Origin: Candidatus Dojkabacteria bacterium
Lineage (GTDB): Bacteria > Patescibacteriota > Dojkabacteria > B142 > WJKM01
DNA: 64,000 nucleotides
Assembly (NCBI GenBank): GCA_014729085.1
Contig: WJKM01000004.1
Location: forward strand, 68,345-132,344
Direction of reading: 5' to 3'
In this document: one piece after another, positions 19,681-30,154 of the stretch
Position numbering within the stretch: the stretch's first letter is position 1
How the letters are laid out: each line of letters begins with the position of its first letter
Position numbers and translations under genes: made by a program
Notes under the pieces: model-generated
What the model was told of the DNA's origin: nothing
Databases searched by the model: none
Seen by the model: only the letters and a program-made list of their open reading frames with translations

Positions 19681-21763
19681 AAGCTTGAGCTCTCTTAGAA
19701 TACGCAATGATTCTAATCTCTTCATTTGAAAATACAACCTCCCCTAAGTCTGTAATCTTGTCTATTTGAAGAAGATCGCCGTATCTTGTCCTCTCACTTT
19801 GTCCTAGAATTATGTAATCAATTTCATAATTATTCAACAATTCAACTTTCTTATCCATCTCCAACCCAGTAAAAAATTGCCTTACATCTTCTTTCCTACT
19901 TCCTAGATTCTCATCGCTTCCTTGCCATGTCCATTCATGTCCGTACCATCCAAGCGGAGTAGGCCAACCTAAGAAAGTCGAAAAAAAATTATTATCTTTG
20001 AAGCTATCTCCCTCTGCTTCCATTATATGACGAACTTTATCATCTGAAGGAAGCTTATGCCTTACTTGTTTTAAATAAAGGTAACCTTCAAAATCTTCTG
20101 GATATTTATTCTTCCACCAATCCAACCCCCTGCTTATTCCTATAAACTCTTTGGAAGGAGGATAAGCCTGCTCAACAGCTTTGATTGGATATAAGACTTG
20201 TACGACAGTTACAAACCATAATATGATTATAGATAAATAACCCCAGATTTTTTTATATTTCTTAACAATAAGTATTATTGCCAAAGGTCCTAGTGTTAAC
20301 CCCATCCATAACCAAATTTGGATAGAAATTTTGTTATATGTATTTGCACGAAAATGTTCTCCTTCGGTTAAGATATCTTTAACATAAAAAATCTCCATAA
20401 AAATCCAGAAAAATAAAGATAACAGAAAAATAAATAAAGGAAACAATTTAATATTAGAAAGCTTTCCTTCTTTGATATATTTATATACAATTTTTGGATA
20501 ATTCAAGAAGTAGACAATGAATAAAAGTAGAAACGGTCCCCATAGAGCAAGCCATTTTAAAACTGGAGAAATTTTCTTTACAATACCAAATCCACTAATA
20601 GGGGCTTTGAAAAAAATAGACCATGGTAAAGTTAAACCATATGAAAATATAATCATAAAAATTAAAGTCAGAAGAGATTTCAATACATTTTTTCTAATAG
20701 ATTTTCTATATCTAATTATCATGGAACTAACTAGTAAAGCTCCAATTGTCACTACATCCCAAGAATTAAGCATATAGGAAATTCCCAGTACAAAACAGGA
20801 AATATAAACATATTTGTTTTTTAAATCAAAGTTTCTTACTCTATCTATCCAAATATGAATACATATAGATACACCAAATATACCTGTAAGAAGCCCCCAG
20901 ACTTGAGGGTGAAGATCTGATACTAAAAAACCATAAAACGGCATTTCATGAATTGCTCCGGGTATAAATCTAGTAGGATCTGCGTACCAATATGAAGGCT
21001 TCGAATAATTTAAGAAAAGATATTGGAAATAAGAATAAAGCCAAATTAATGTGTGAAAACTACCCGCAAACATCACAAAAAATATACTCCCCACACCAGC
21101 CAAACCAGCCTTTAAATTACTAGCTGATGATTTTTTGTATAAATATTTAAATAAATCAAAACCAAACCTATATACATTAATTCCAACAATTCCAAATATC
21201 CAAATTATAAGTACAAAAAACCCTGGTACCGTAGGAATAAATGTCAATGATAGGACAACATAGCCAATATAATGTCCAAAATAATAATAATTTAAAATTT
21301 CACCTCCAAACCATATATCATAAAGGGGTAGCTCATTTGTATTAAACAATGATTGAATAAATCCGAAATCCATAAATCTTTCAATTTGGTATATTTCGCT
21401 TCCATGCCCTCTGACCCAATATAAAAATCCAATTAATAGTAAAAAAAGTATTTGAATGAAAGCTACTTGATGCCAATTTATTTCAGATATTTTGATATTA
21501 TTAAACTTTTCTTTAATCAATAAATTAATAAATAGCCAAAATACAACTATCAATAAAATTGAAAATAATGTATTGGGTAATATTTTTAAAGATACTAAGA
21601 AAAATGCAATATAAGAAATTGCTATCCAACCAAATATATGGGAAAGACTATATCCATTATCTGACAACTTACGGAAAAAGAGGTTACTTATAGGCCAACT
21701 AATTAAGCCAACAATAAAATTTACAAAGAAAAGTGAACCTAAATATACTATATCTAAAATCAT
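19667..21763 (-). CDS. DUF2298 (YYY) membrane protein, probable GT-C glycosyltransferase
   Basis: ERFMDFGF, P.D.WFGG..LNYYYFG, E.PFY.F...DLHP, NSWD, R.NT..K and GW.GHE..W motifs. Confidence 0.85.
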   Translation of the reverse strand: MILDIVYLGSLFFVNFIVGLISWPISNLFFRKLSDNGYSLSHIFGWIAISYIAFFLVSLKILPNTLFSILLIVVFWLFINLLIKEKFNNIKISEINWHQVAFIQILFLLLIGFLYWVRGHGSEIYQIERFMDFGFIQSLFNTNELPLYDIWFGGEILNYYYFGHYIGYVVLSLTFIPTVPGFFVLIIWIFGIVGINVYRFGFDLFKYLYKKSSASNLKAGLAGVGSIFFVMFAGSFHTLIWLYSYFQYLFLNYSKPSYWYADPTRFIPGAIHEMPFYGFLVSDLHPQVWGLLTGIFGVSICIHIWIDRVRNFDLKNKYVYISCFVLGISYMLNSWDVVTIGALLVSSMIIRYRKSIRKNVLKSLLTLIFMIIFSYGLTLPWSIFFKAPISGFGIVKKISPVLKWLALWGPFLLLFIVYFLNYPKIVYKYIKEGKLSNIKLFPLFIFLLSLFFWIFMEIFYVKDILTEGEHFRANTYNKISIQIWLWMGLTLGPLAIILIVKKYKKIWGYLSIIILWFVTVVQVLYPIKAVEQAYPPSKEFIGISRGLDWWKNKYPEDFEGYLYLKQVRHKLPSDDKVRHIMEAEGDSFKDNNFFSTFLGWPTPLGWYGHEWTWQGSDENLGSRKEDVRQFFTGLEMDKKVELLNNYEIDYIILGQSERTRYGDLLQIDKITDLGEVVFSNEEIRIIAYSKRAQAFNNR

Positions 21764-21860
21764 ATAAATGTAGAGTTTAATATTTCAAGTCAGGAAAAAA
21801 ATTCAAAGCTATAAAATTATTTAATATTAAAAACTGCAAATCAAAAATATAAAATAATAA

Positions 21861-22346
21861 TTAAGGCACTGGCATACTAAATCCATTGTCAGAGCCCTCA
21901 AGCTCAATTAGTAGTTGTTTATGAATTCTATCATAGCATATACTAAGCTCTTTCGGATTTGTCTCTCTACTAGTAATTGGATTACATGTACCAGAAACTG
22001 GATTAATTTTTCCTCTATTATCTGCAGTTCCAACTAAACGAAAATATTTTGTATCAAATTTCGCTACAAAATCACCTGTACAACAGCATCCAGAGATGGG
22101 TCCCATGTATATCGATATATGACCCCTAACACCACTTGAACCAAAACATTGGGGTGTTTGCATTGTATTTGCCTGTGCATCTGCCATAACTAATATTATG
22201 TCCTCCACTGCTTTTCGTCGTTTTGTGTCCCTTGCATTTCTTTGCACGATATTTATTCCATATGCTGCAATAGAAATCAACACAGCAATTATTGCCATCG
22301 CAACTAAAAGCTCTACTAGCGAAAAAGCTTTCTTAGTAAGTTTCAT
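21861..22346 (-). CDS. Type IV pilin/prepilin
   Basis: MKLTKKA^FSLVELLVAMAIIAVL..ARD..R class III signal. Start set to ATG 22346 by comparison with the paralog. Confidence 0.9.
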   Translation of the reverse strand: MKLTKKAFSLVELLVAMAIIAVLISIAAYGINIVQRNARDTKRRKAVEDIILVMADAQANTMQTPQCFGSSGVRGHISIYMGPISGCCCTGDFVAKFDTKYFRLVGTADNRGKINPVSGTCNPITSRETNPKELSICYDRIHKQLLIELEGSDNGFSMPVP

Positions 22347-22467
22347 TTTATTAATAAAATAATTGTTTAGTAAAATATAACAAAAATTTCGTACTTTGCT
22401 ATTTGACGAAAAATCCAAGCACTTGAGCAGAAATCAGTGCCTGGACTCAACTTTTTCTAATGTAATT

Positions 22468-22587
22468 CTACTCGAAAATCTCTTTGATTATATTTACCGT
22501 TTTTTCTTTGTCTTTATGAGGATTTTCAACTCAATCACTCCACCTGTACTATATTTTTGAATCTCTTTAACTAATCTGATACTCTCA
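22468..22587 (-). pseudogene. Decayed copy of the htrA 3' end
   Basis: Aligns by eye with 23180-23300 (e.g. TTTTCAACTCAA and ACTATATTTTTGAATCTC shared), including the stop codon. Confidence 0.8.
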
Positions 22588-22594
22588 GTAAATT

Positions 22595-23056
22595 TTAAAG
22601 ACTGACTACATAACCATATCCTCCTAGTTCAGATGCTTCTAATCTTGCACAAATTAATAAATTCTGAAAATCCATCCCAATAGCAACATTATCTCTGCTT
22701 GGTCTCTTAGATAAGAAATCTCCTTGATCGGAGCATTCATTACCTGAAGTTCCCGCTCTAAACCATTGCAGGTCCATACCCTTTACTTCATATTCAGCAA
22801 CTTCCTGGCCTTGAATATAGAAAGTAATTGAATTTTCGCTCTCACTTTTAGTTGCGTTATCAGGATACATGAAATGGTTGGTTTGTATATCATGTATTGT
22901 TAAGATGAGATCTTCAACAATTTTTTTTCTTTTAAGATCACGAGCATTACGTTGAACAATTTGAATACCATACGCAGCAATGGAAATTAAAACCGCAATA
23001 ATTGCCATTGCAACCAAAAGCTCCACTAATGAAAAAGCTTTCTTAGTAAGTTTCAT
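22595..23056 (-). CDS. Type IV pilin/prepilin
   Basis: MKLTKKA^FSLVELLVAMAIIAVLISIA..ARD..R, C-terminal CARLE. Confidence 0.9.
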   Translation of the reverse strand: MKLTKKAFSLVELLVAMAIIAVLISIAAYGIQIVQRNARDLKRKKIVEDLILTIHDIQTNHFMYPDNATKSESENSITFYIQGQEVAEYEVKGMDLQWFRAGTSGNECSDQGDFLSKRPSRDNVAIGMDFQNLLICARLEASELGGYGYVVSL

Positions 23057-23120
23057 TTTATTAATAAAACATTTTATTTAATAAAATATAACAAAAATTT
23101 CAGTACTTTGCTATTAGACC

Positions 23121-23157
23121 AAAAATCCAAGCACTTGAGGAGAAATTAGTGCTTGGA
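23121..23157 (-). terminator. htrA terminator (decayed copy near 22410-22445)
   Basis: TCCAAGCACT...AGTGCTTGGA hairpin followed by a T-run on the minus strand. Confidence 0.7.
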
Positions 23158-23179
23158 CTCAACTTTTTCTAATTTAATT

Positions 23180-24382
23180 CTACTCGTAAGCCTCCAAAGT
23201 AACATTTACGGTTTTTTCTTCGCCTTTATGAAGAATTTTCAACTCAACCACTTCGCCTACACTATATTTTTGAATCTCCCTATCTAATCGGGCATTCTCA
23301 TCAATTTTTTTTCCATTAATTTCAAGAATAATGTCATTTTCTTGAATTCCAGCTTTATCTGCAGGACCACCTGGAATAACTGCCAACTCTTCTGGAGTTT
23401 CTCCACGTATTACAAGAGCTCCATAATCTACCTTTAGATTATTTGCTTCTTGCAATTCCGGTGTTACCGGAACATATCTTACACCTATATAAGGCCGGAC
23501 AATTTTTCCATGCTCTTTGACAGATTCGACTACCTTTTGAACACTATTTGAAGGAATTGCGAATCCTATATTTTCAGCTTGAGCCATTGCAACATTCATA
23601 CCTATTACATTTCCAGAAAGATCGAGTAGAGGACCGCCTGAATTACCAGGATTAATTGAAGCATCTGTCTGGATTACCCCCGTCAAAGTTTCTGCTTTTC
23701 CAGTTGTTCGGGATCCTGCTGTAATTGATCTAGCAAGTCCGGAAATAATTCCTGAACTTACCGAATTCGAAAATTGGCCAAGTGCATTTCCAATTGCTAC
23801 TACTTTTTGTCCAACCTTAAGATTATCCGAATCACCAAAACTAAGGTAATTTAAATCATTTCGGGCAACCTTGATGACAGCAATATCCATAAGCGGATCA
23901 CGTGCTAAAATCTCTGCATCGATTTTATCTCCATCATTAAAAACAACTGTATAAGAAGCTTCCTCGTCTTGTACGACATGTTTATTAGTAACAATGTATC
24001 CGTCGCTTGATACAATAAAACCAGTCCCAGCACCTACCTCTTGCTCTTCCTCCCCAATTTGTCTTCGGCCCTTTCTCCGAAAAAAATAATCAAAAAAATC
24101 ATCTCCAAACGGAGAAGGATTGTAGTAAAATTCTTCATAGACAGGTAAATCTTTTGTGACAATTATACTCACAACAGCATCTTGGGAATTTTCTACTACT
24201 TCTACAACTGCATCATTACTATCTACAATTTTTAAATCTGTTGAAAGGTTACCATTTTCACCGTTTCTATTCATTTCATATTTTGTATATGCTACACCTG
24301 CGATAAGTCCGGAAAACCCAGACACAAAATTTGTAACAAGAATAACTATAACTAGAAACAGTAAATACTTTTTTTTCTTCAT
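23180..24382 (-). CDS. htrA: HtrA/DegP serine protease with one PDZ domain
   Basis: GTGFIV, TNKHVV, IQTDASINPGNSGGPL, PDZ GGPADKAG and an N-terminal TM. Confidence 0.95.
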   Translation of the reverse strand: MKKKKYLLFLVIVILVTNFVSGFSGLIAGVAYTKYEMNRNGENGNLSTDLKIVDSNDAVVEVVENSQDAVVSIIVTKDLPVYEEFYYNPSPFGDDFFDYFFRRKGRRQIGEEEQEVGAGTGFIVSSDGYIVTNKHVVQDEEASYTVVFNDGDKIDAEILARDPLMDIAVIKVARNDLNYLSFGDSDNLKVGQKVVAIGNALGQFSNSVSSGIISGLARSITAGSRTTGKAETLTGVIQTDASINPGNSGGPLLDLSGNVIGMNVAMAQAENIGFAIPSNSVQKVVESVKEHGKIVRPYIGVRYVPVTPELQEANNLKVDYGALVIRGETPEELAVIPGGPADKAGIQENDIILEINGKKIDENARLDREIQKYSVGEVVELKILHKGEEKTVNVTLEAYE

Positions 24383-24576
24383 ATAAATTCAGATTAATAA
24401 GTAAACTATTAAAAATAATTTAAAAAACTACTTTAATAAAATTATTTTACTAGTAATAATTTTTAGGTTAAACTTTTTATGTACTATTTATAATGATAAA
24501 TTTGTTATTAAACATTAACTCAACCTATCAAGAGTTAAATATTTTTATAACTATATCATTCTGATATGAAAATAAT

Positions 24577-25215
24577 ATGAAACTACTAAAAGGAACAGAA
24601 AAATTAGGACAATATAATAACAAAGTGGTTTGCATTAATTGGGACAACTTTCTGAATGATTTTGAATCCAGATTCAATTCCTATCAGTTTAAAAAATCAC
24701 TTTGTAAATTTACTCTACTGATCTCTATTATCTTATTATGTCTATTACTTTTCTTAGAGATCACTACCGGACGGATTATTTTTATTCAAGGAGAAGCCTT
24801 TACTTTTCAGAATAGTCTAATATTAATTTCGATAAATCTTCTACTGTTTTCGATTTATTTTAATAATAAAGTACACACTCCAAAAAATTTATTGACATTA
24901 TCAGCTCATAACGAGCAGGTTGTAAATTTGGAAAAATTTATAAATATTTCCGCTAATAAAATCATCTCTGAAATTTATAATTCGATCACTGGTGAGGAAA
25001 TTAACCTATTGAAACAGTTGGTTAGTCAAGACTCTAAAATACCATATTCAATTAGAAAGAAAATTCAAGGATTACCTTTGCATAGAATAAATGATCGAAG
25101 TCTATGGCTTAAACAGCTCCTACTGGTGTGCTATAAAACTGCCTTAGAAAACAAATTAAACCACATTGATCAGTCAGTGCTTGCTTTCAGTTTACTTAAT
25201 CATCAAGAGTTGTAA
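24577..25215 (+). CDS. Hypothetical membrane protein
   Basis: 212 aa ORF with two TM helices. Confidence 0.55.
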   Translation: MKLLKGTEKLGQYNNKVVCINWDNFLNDFESRFNSYQFKKSLCKFTLLISIILLCLLLFLEITTGRIIFIQGEAFTFQNSLILISINLLLFSIYFNNKVHTPKNLLTLSAHNEQVVNLEKFINISANKIISEIYNSITGEEINLLKQLVSQDSKIPYSIRKKIQGLPLHRINDRSLWLKQLLLVCYKTALENKLNHIDQSVLAFSLLNHQEL

Positions 25216-25353
25216 CATATTCACCACATATTCGTATTTATATTGTATATAATATCTGATCTCGTACTTTTTGCTAGATTTAGCGCCTAGAAATTCAAGG
25301 TTTTTGCATTCGCATTCTTTATTTTGATAGGGTATAATTCAATAATTCACAAA

Positions 25354-26826
25354 ATGAAACCAAAAATTAATCAAAATAATTCAAAATCAAGTTTTTGGAG
25401 TAGGTATTCGCGTCTCATCATACTATTAATTACTTGCTCGCTACTAATTGCAAGTATTTATTTTACCTATATTCAAAACAATACCAAAGTAGAAAAAATC
25501 CCTTCTACGGATATTCCTATACCTGTCGAAACAATAATTATTGGAGAAGAAGATATATATACAAAAATTATTGGAACGGCTGATAATAAAAACATAGTCG
25601 TCATTAAATCACTCACAAAAGGAATTGTAAATAAAATTAAACCGGACTTAGGAGACTCTGTTAAGAAAGATCAAGAGTTAATTGAACTAACTGAGACATA
25701 TACCGGAAATGAAATATATGATGCTAAAATCGAAATAGCAGAGAAAAAAGTCGAACAAGCTAAGGATTACTATAATTTTTTGGATAAGATTGAAGATGAA
25801 AAGACCGATAGGGAAGAAGAAATCCAGGATAATTTTGAAGAACTACAAGACTTAAAAGAAGATAAACTAGAAAGTTACAATACTCAAATTGAAACCATCG
25901 AAAATATTATAACTGATATTGAAAATATCTTAGATTCAGGTAGTACAAATCTGGATCAAAAGATAGATTTGACCCAAGAACTATATGATTTAAAAGAACT
26001 GAGGTTTGAAATTAATTTACTCGAATATGAAACAGACAGAAGGTATCCGGGTACCGAAATAGCAGACCTTGAGAATGAAATAAATGAAAAAACCATACGC
26101 AATGAAACTGACCTTGCTGAACTTGATTACGAACTGGCCAAACTATATCTTGATTTACTCCTAATACAAGCAGATCTTCGTACCTTGAGTTCACCTATTA
26201 ATGGAACTATAGAACAAATCCTTTATCCAGAAGGCTCGGCAGTCCAGTCAGGAGATGAATTATTAATTATAAATGGTGAACAGGATACTATATTATTATC
26301 ACATGTTTCATCACAACTTGCAAAAAATATCGATATTAAACGAGATGCATTAATAGATATTGATGGCAATACTTACGAAGGAGATATTGAATTTGTATCA
26401 AAAACCCCTGTGAAAAACTCGCTATATGAAATTATTATTGAACCTGATAAAGCAATACGAGATAACTTGCAAATAGGGGCTTCCTTTTCAATCAGCTTAC
26501 CAATCAAAACTAAAATTGAAAATATTGATATGGAAATTGAAGATAAAATCTATATTCCAATAGACAGTGTTTATAAAACAAATCAATATTCTTATGTCTT
26601 TGTACTTGAAGGTGATCGCGCAATGATTAAAGCTGTCCAAACTGGGAAGATAACAGGCGGAGATCAAATCGAAATCGTATCCGGACTAGAAGAGGGGGAA
26701 ATTTTGATTTTGACAAAAAAAATAGTTCCAAATCAAAAAGTAATAATTCAGAAAGTGGAAGAAGTCAAAGAAGAGAAGGATGTTGAGATCCAAACTGTTG
26801 AACCAACTGAATCTCAGGGTGATTAA
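25354..26826 (+). CDS. RND-type membrane fusion (adaptor) protein
   Basis: N-terminal TM, lipoyl half-motifs (G..VKKDQ.L; SPINGTI..G..V.SGD.L), long coiled coil, IPIDSV, V.TG and IVSGL..GE. Start at ATG MKPKI. Confidence 0.85.
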   Translation: MKPKINQNNSKSSFWSRYSRLIILLITCSLLIASIYFTYIQNNTKVEKIPSTDIPIPVETIIIGEEDIYTKIIGTADNKNIVVIKSLTKGIVNKIKPDLGDSVKKDQELIELTETYTGNEIYDAKIEIAEKKVEQAKDYYNFLDKIEDEKTDREEEIQDNFEELQDLKEDKLESYNTQIETIENIITDIENILDSGSTNLDQKIDLTQELYDLKELRFEINLLEYETDRRYPGTEIADLENEINEKTIRNETDLAELDYELAKLYLDLLLIQADLRTLSSPINGTIEQILYPEGSAVQSGDELLIINGEQDTILLSHVSSQLAKNIDIKRDALIDIDGNTYEGDIEFVSKTPVKNSLYEIIIEPDKAIRDNLQIGASFSISLPIKTKIENIDMEIEDKIYIPIDSVYKTNQYSYVFVLEGDRAMIKAVQTGKITGGDQIEIVSGLEEGEILILTKKIVPNQKVIIQKVEEVKEEKDVEIQTVEPTESQGD

Positions 26827-26848
26827 AATTCAAATAATCGTGTAACTA

Positions 26849-29800
26849 ATGAATAAAATATTAATTAAATCAAAACAAACTTTTCTTTATAAAATTTTAC
26901 AACTATTTAACAATCTTAAATTTTCGAGTTTCCTCATTATAATACTCTTGCTTCTCGGTCTATTTTCTTTTATACGTATTGATAAAAGCATCTACTTTTT
27001 TACCTCTGATCCATTTATAGACCTAAAAATTGAAACAACAAATAAGGATAAATTGGAAATAGAAAAAAAAATTATACAGCCTCTAGAAATATTTTGTTCA
27101 AATAATAAAGGATTTATAGATATATACTCCCAAATTCGAGATTCAAAAGCCGACGTCACTATCAAACTTTCAGAAACCACAAACTATAAATCACAGTATA
27201 ATAAACTCCTGAATTTCATTGATTTAAATAATCTTAACAGTTCAGATATAACAATTGAATTAAGAAACTCTTGGGAATCATCTCCTGAATATGCAGAACT
27301 GCTCATATACAGTAACTTGGATATATTTAATTTAAGCCAAATTAGCAAAAACCTAGCTTCTGAATTAAGTAACAATCCAGCTTTTGAACGTATTGACACA
27401 AAAGGTACTGTATATGAAAAAGTAAATGTTTCGCTTAATCTTAACAAAATCCAACAATTAGGAATAAAACCTCAACAATTAGTTGATGCAATTGAGGATA
27501 ATATAACAAATTATAAACTGGGAAAATTTGAAATTGATGATTATGTCTATTCTTTTGAGCTTGAAAATCCTTATAACTCAATACAGGATATTAGAAATCA
27601 GATTATCAAAATTGATGGCAATATCATCAAACTAGGAGAAATTGCTGACGTACAAATGGAGTTAAATCCTAATTCCAAGCGTATTTATTTCCAAAAAAAA
27701 GGACAAGCCCAATTAAATGCAATCAAGCTTAGTATATATAAAAACAAAGATGTAAATACTAATAAAGCATACAGTGAACTAAACTCAATAATCTATCAGT
27801 ATAATGAAGAATATCCTCAACTAAAAACTACTTATACTCATAATGATTTCCAATCTAACCATCAGTGGACATTAGGAGCCCTAATTTTTGCAATAATATC
27901 AATTCTGCTTATATTCTTATTTTCAAGTCATAAGAATCAAAATGGAAACATTCTTCTATCTCAGATTTTAGGCCTGTTTACTTACTTTTCAATCTCTTTT
28001 ATCTGCTTAAATTATTTTAACTATATTTTCGACTTAAAACTACTTCTTTATATTATTTCAGGACAAATCGTTTGTCTATTTTTATCTAATAAATTTCTAC
28101 ACAATGGACATGCAAATAATTCACTAAGGAAATTTTCATTTGAAGATACTAGTATTTCCGATGTTTATAAAAAGTTTAACAAATCATTAACCTTTCCATT
28201 AATAATTATTAGTCTTTTTGTTTTTGGACTGTTTACTTCTATCTCGTTGAACATTTCCTCCAAATGGGCAGAATCGTTAGGGGCAATAATCTTTATTCTC
28301 TGCTCAATTTTAATCAGCCTTGTTCTAATTTGGCCTTTTTCTAACATAACCAAAAAAATCAATTTTAAGAAATTGACTAAATTATCTATTCCAGGTACTA
28401 TTTTCATCATTTTCTCTTATATTAACTTCTATTATCTTGTACTAAATCCATTCGAAATTCAAAGAAGTAAAATCTTTAACCTGTTCTCAAATCGAATATT
28501 TTTACTTAACTCTCTTACATTTGTTTTTATAACGATAATCTTGGGTTATCTCATATTGAGAAAAAAAATATTCCAAAAATTGACTCCCCAAATTAAGATA
28601 AATAATATTGGTCTTATTGAAAAAATTAACATATATGTTACAAAAACGTACTCTAAAATATCAGTTTCCTATTCAAGTTTTGTCAATAAGCTCATTAAAA
28701 AAGACGAAAAATCATTAATAGTTCTTACTTTTATTTTTACCGTGGGAGTATTAATTGTTAATCTTGTTTTTCTTAGATTTACTCAACAGAATTTAAAACT
28801 AAGGTTTAAATCCAATACTATTTTTGTGAATCTGGAAGCTCCTACTGGATGGAGTCAAAAAAATCTAGATAATAAAGTGAGCAAAGCAATAAATCTTATT
28901 CAGCAAACAACGGAAACCGATTCATTGATAATCGAATATGGATCTCAGATTACCTTAAATAAAACTATTCAAAGTGGAAATAAACAAGCATATATTGCTG
29001 TTCAATTAATCCCCTCAAGCCAAAGAAAAAGAAGTTTCGAAGTAATAAAAAACGAACTTGAAAATGGACTAAATCGTATTGAAGAAATATCAGTAGAGGT
29101 TTTCCAACCCAATAAATATAATATCTTAGATACCAACTTTGAACTGTATATCCATGGAGATGACTATCAAGTTTTAGAAAATTTTAGAAAAGTTGTTGAA
29201 ACAACATTAGTTAACCACAATGAGTTTATTGAATATTCAACTCCACCAACAAATGATTATAAACAAATTGAAATCAAACCAAACTATATAGAAATGACCA
29301 AAAGAGGAATTTCCCTAAAAGATCTTGAAATCTTTTTTAATACTTTGCAGAAACAGTATTCTCTATCTGAGATATCTGGAAAAAGAGGAAATGGTATAGA
29401 AATTTCAATATCCCCAGATACTGACATGACACTTGATAGTATTGAGAATATGATAATCCCGACTTCCAATGGGGACTATACACTAAGTCAAATTGCTGAA
29501 CTTCATCTTATTGATAAACCTGAAATTATTTATAAATCCAATCAGCGCTATGTCCTGCCATACATTATCAAGTTTAAAGATAGATTTGATAGTAAAATAT
29601 ATAAATCAATTGCAAATCAAATAAATACAATCAACAATAGAGTAGGTTACACATACACTTTTCAGAAACAAAATCAAATTGAAAATTCTGATCTAGCACA
29701 ATTAGCTAAAACAGTTATTAGTATTGCAATTATATTTGCTTTGACTTTTGTCGCAAGATATAAATCATATAAAAAAACTATAATCAATTTATTTGGAATG

Positions 29801-30139
29801 ACATGCCTACTACTTTATTTTCTAATAGGACATCTTGTATTTGATATTAGTTACTCAGTTGGTATTCTTTTCACAGAACTTCTATTTATCTTGTTCTATA
29901 CATTGGTTGCAACCTACTTTATAGAAGTCCTCCAGGATACTAAAGACACGGAAATTCTAAAGAGCTACTATAATGTATTCACAAAACAAGTATTAGTGAC
30001 AGGTTCAACTCTTGCTCTAATAATTTTCTTGTTTCCTGCAATTACAGACATTAATCTACTCTTGTTTTTTGGGTTTAGTACTGTATCATTCATTTCATTG
30101 CTATTGAACTCCCTTTATTTAAAACTTAGTCAAAAATAA
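26849..30139 (+). CDS. Divergent AcrB/RND-family permease
   Basis: EIEK.I..PLE, IKLGEIADV, VNLEAPTG and I.IPT..G...LSQIA porter-domain motifs. 1096 aa, downstream of the adaptor gene. Confidence 0.75.
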   Translation: MNKILIKSKQTFLYKILQLFNNLKFSSFLIIILLLLGLFSFIRIDKSIYFFTSDPFIDLKIETTNKDKLEIEKKIIQPLEIFCSNNKGFIDIYSQIRDSKADVTIKLSETTNYKSQYNKLLNFIDLNNLNSSDITIELRNSWESSPEYAELLIYSNLDIFNLSQISKNLASELSNNPAFERIDTKGTVYEKVNVSLNLNKIQQLGIKPQQLVDAIEDNITNYKLGKFEIDDYVYSFELENPYNSIQDIRNQIIKIDGNIIKLGEIADVQMELNPNSKRIYFQKKGQAQLNAIKLSIYKNKDVNTNKAYSELNSIIYQYNEEYPQLKTTYTHNDFQSNHQWTLGALIFAIISILLIFLFSSHKNQNGNILLSQILGLFTYFSISFICLNYFNYIFDLKLLLYIISGQIVCLFLSNKFLHNGHANNSLRKFSFEDTSISDVYKKFNKSLTFPLIIISLFVFGLFTSISLNISSKWAESLGAIIFILCSILISLVLIWPFSNITKKINFKKLTKLSIPGTIFIIFSYINFYYLVLNPFEIQRSKIFNLFSNRIFLLNSLTFVFITIILGYLILRKKIFQKLTPQIKINNIGLIEKINIYVTKTYSKISVSYSSFVNKLIKKDEKSLIVLTFIFTVGVLIVNLVFLRFTQQNLKLRFKSNTIFVNLEAPTGWSQKNLDNKVSKAINLIQQTTETDSLIIEYGSQITLNKTIQSGNKQAYIAVQLIPSSQRKRSFEVIKNELENGLNRIEEISVEVFQPNKYNILDTNFELYIHGDDYQVLENFRKVVETTLVNHNEFIEYSTPPTNDYKQIEIKPNYIEMTKRGISLKDLEIFFNTLQKQYSLSEISGKRGNGIEISISPDTDMTLDSIENMIIPTSNGDYTLSQIAELHLIDKPEIIYKSNQRYVLPYIIKFKDRFDSKIYKSIANQINTINNRVGYTYTFQKQNQIENSDLAQLAKTVISIAIIFALTFVARYKSYKKTIINLFGMTCLLLYFLIGHLVFDISYSVGILFTELLFILFYTLVATYFIEVLQDTKDTEILKSYYNVFTKQVLVTGSTLALIIFLFPAITDINLLLFFGFSTVSFISLLLNSLYLKLSQK

Positions 30140-30154
30140 TTAAGTAGATTTATT

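Noticed and set aside
22347-22418. N-terminal extension of the first pilin
   Set aside because: The paralog shows the true start is MKLTKKAF.
21861-23056. Diversity-generating retroelement acting on pilins
   Set aside because: There is no reverse transcriptase, and the differences are not adenine-specific TR/VR changes.
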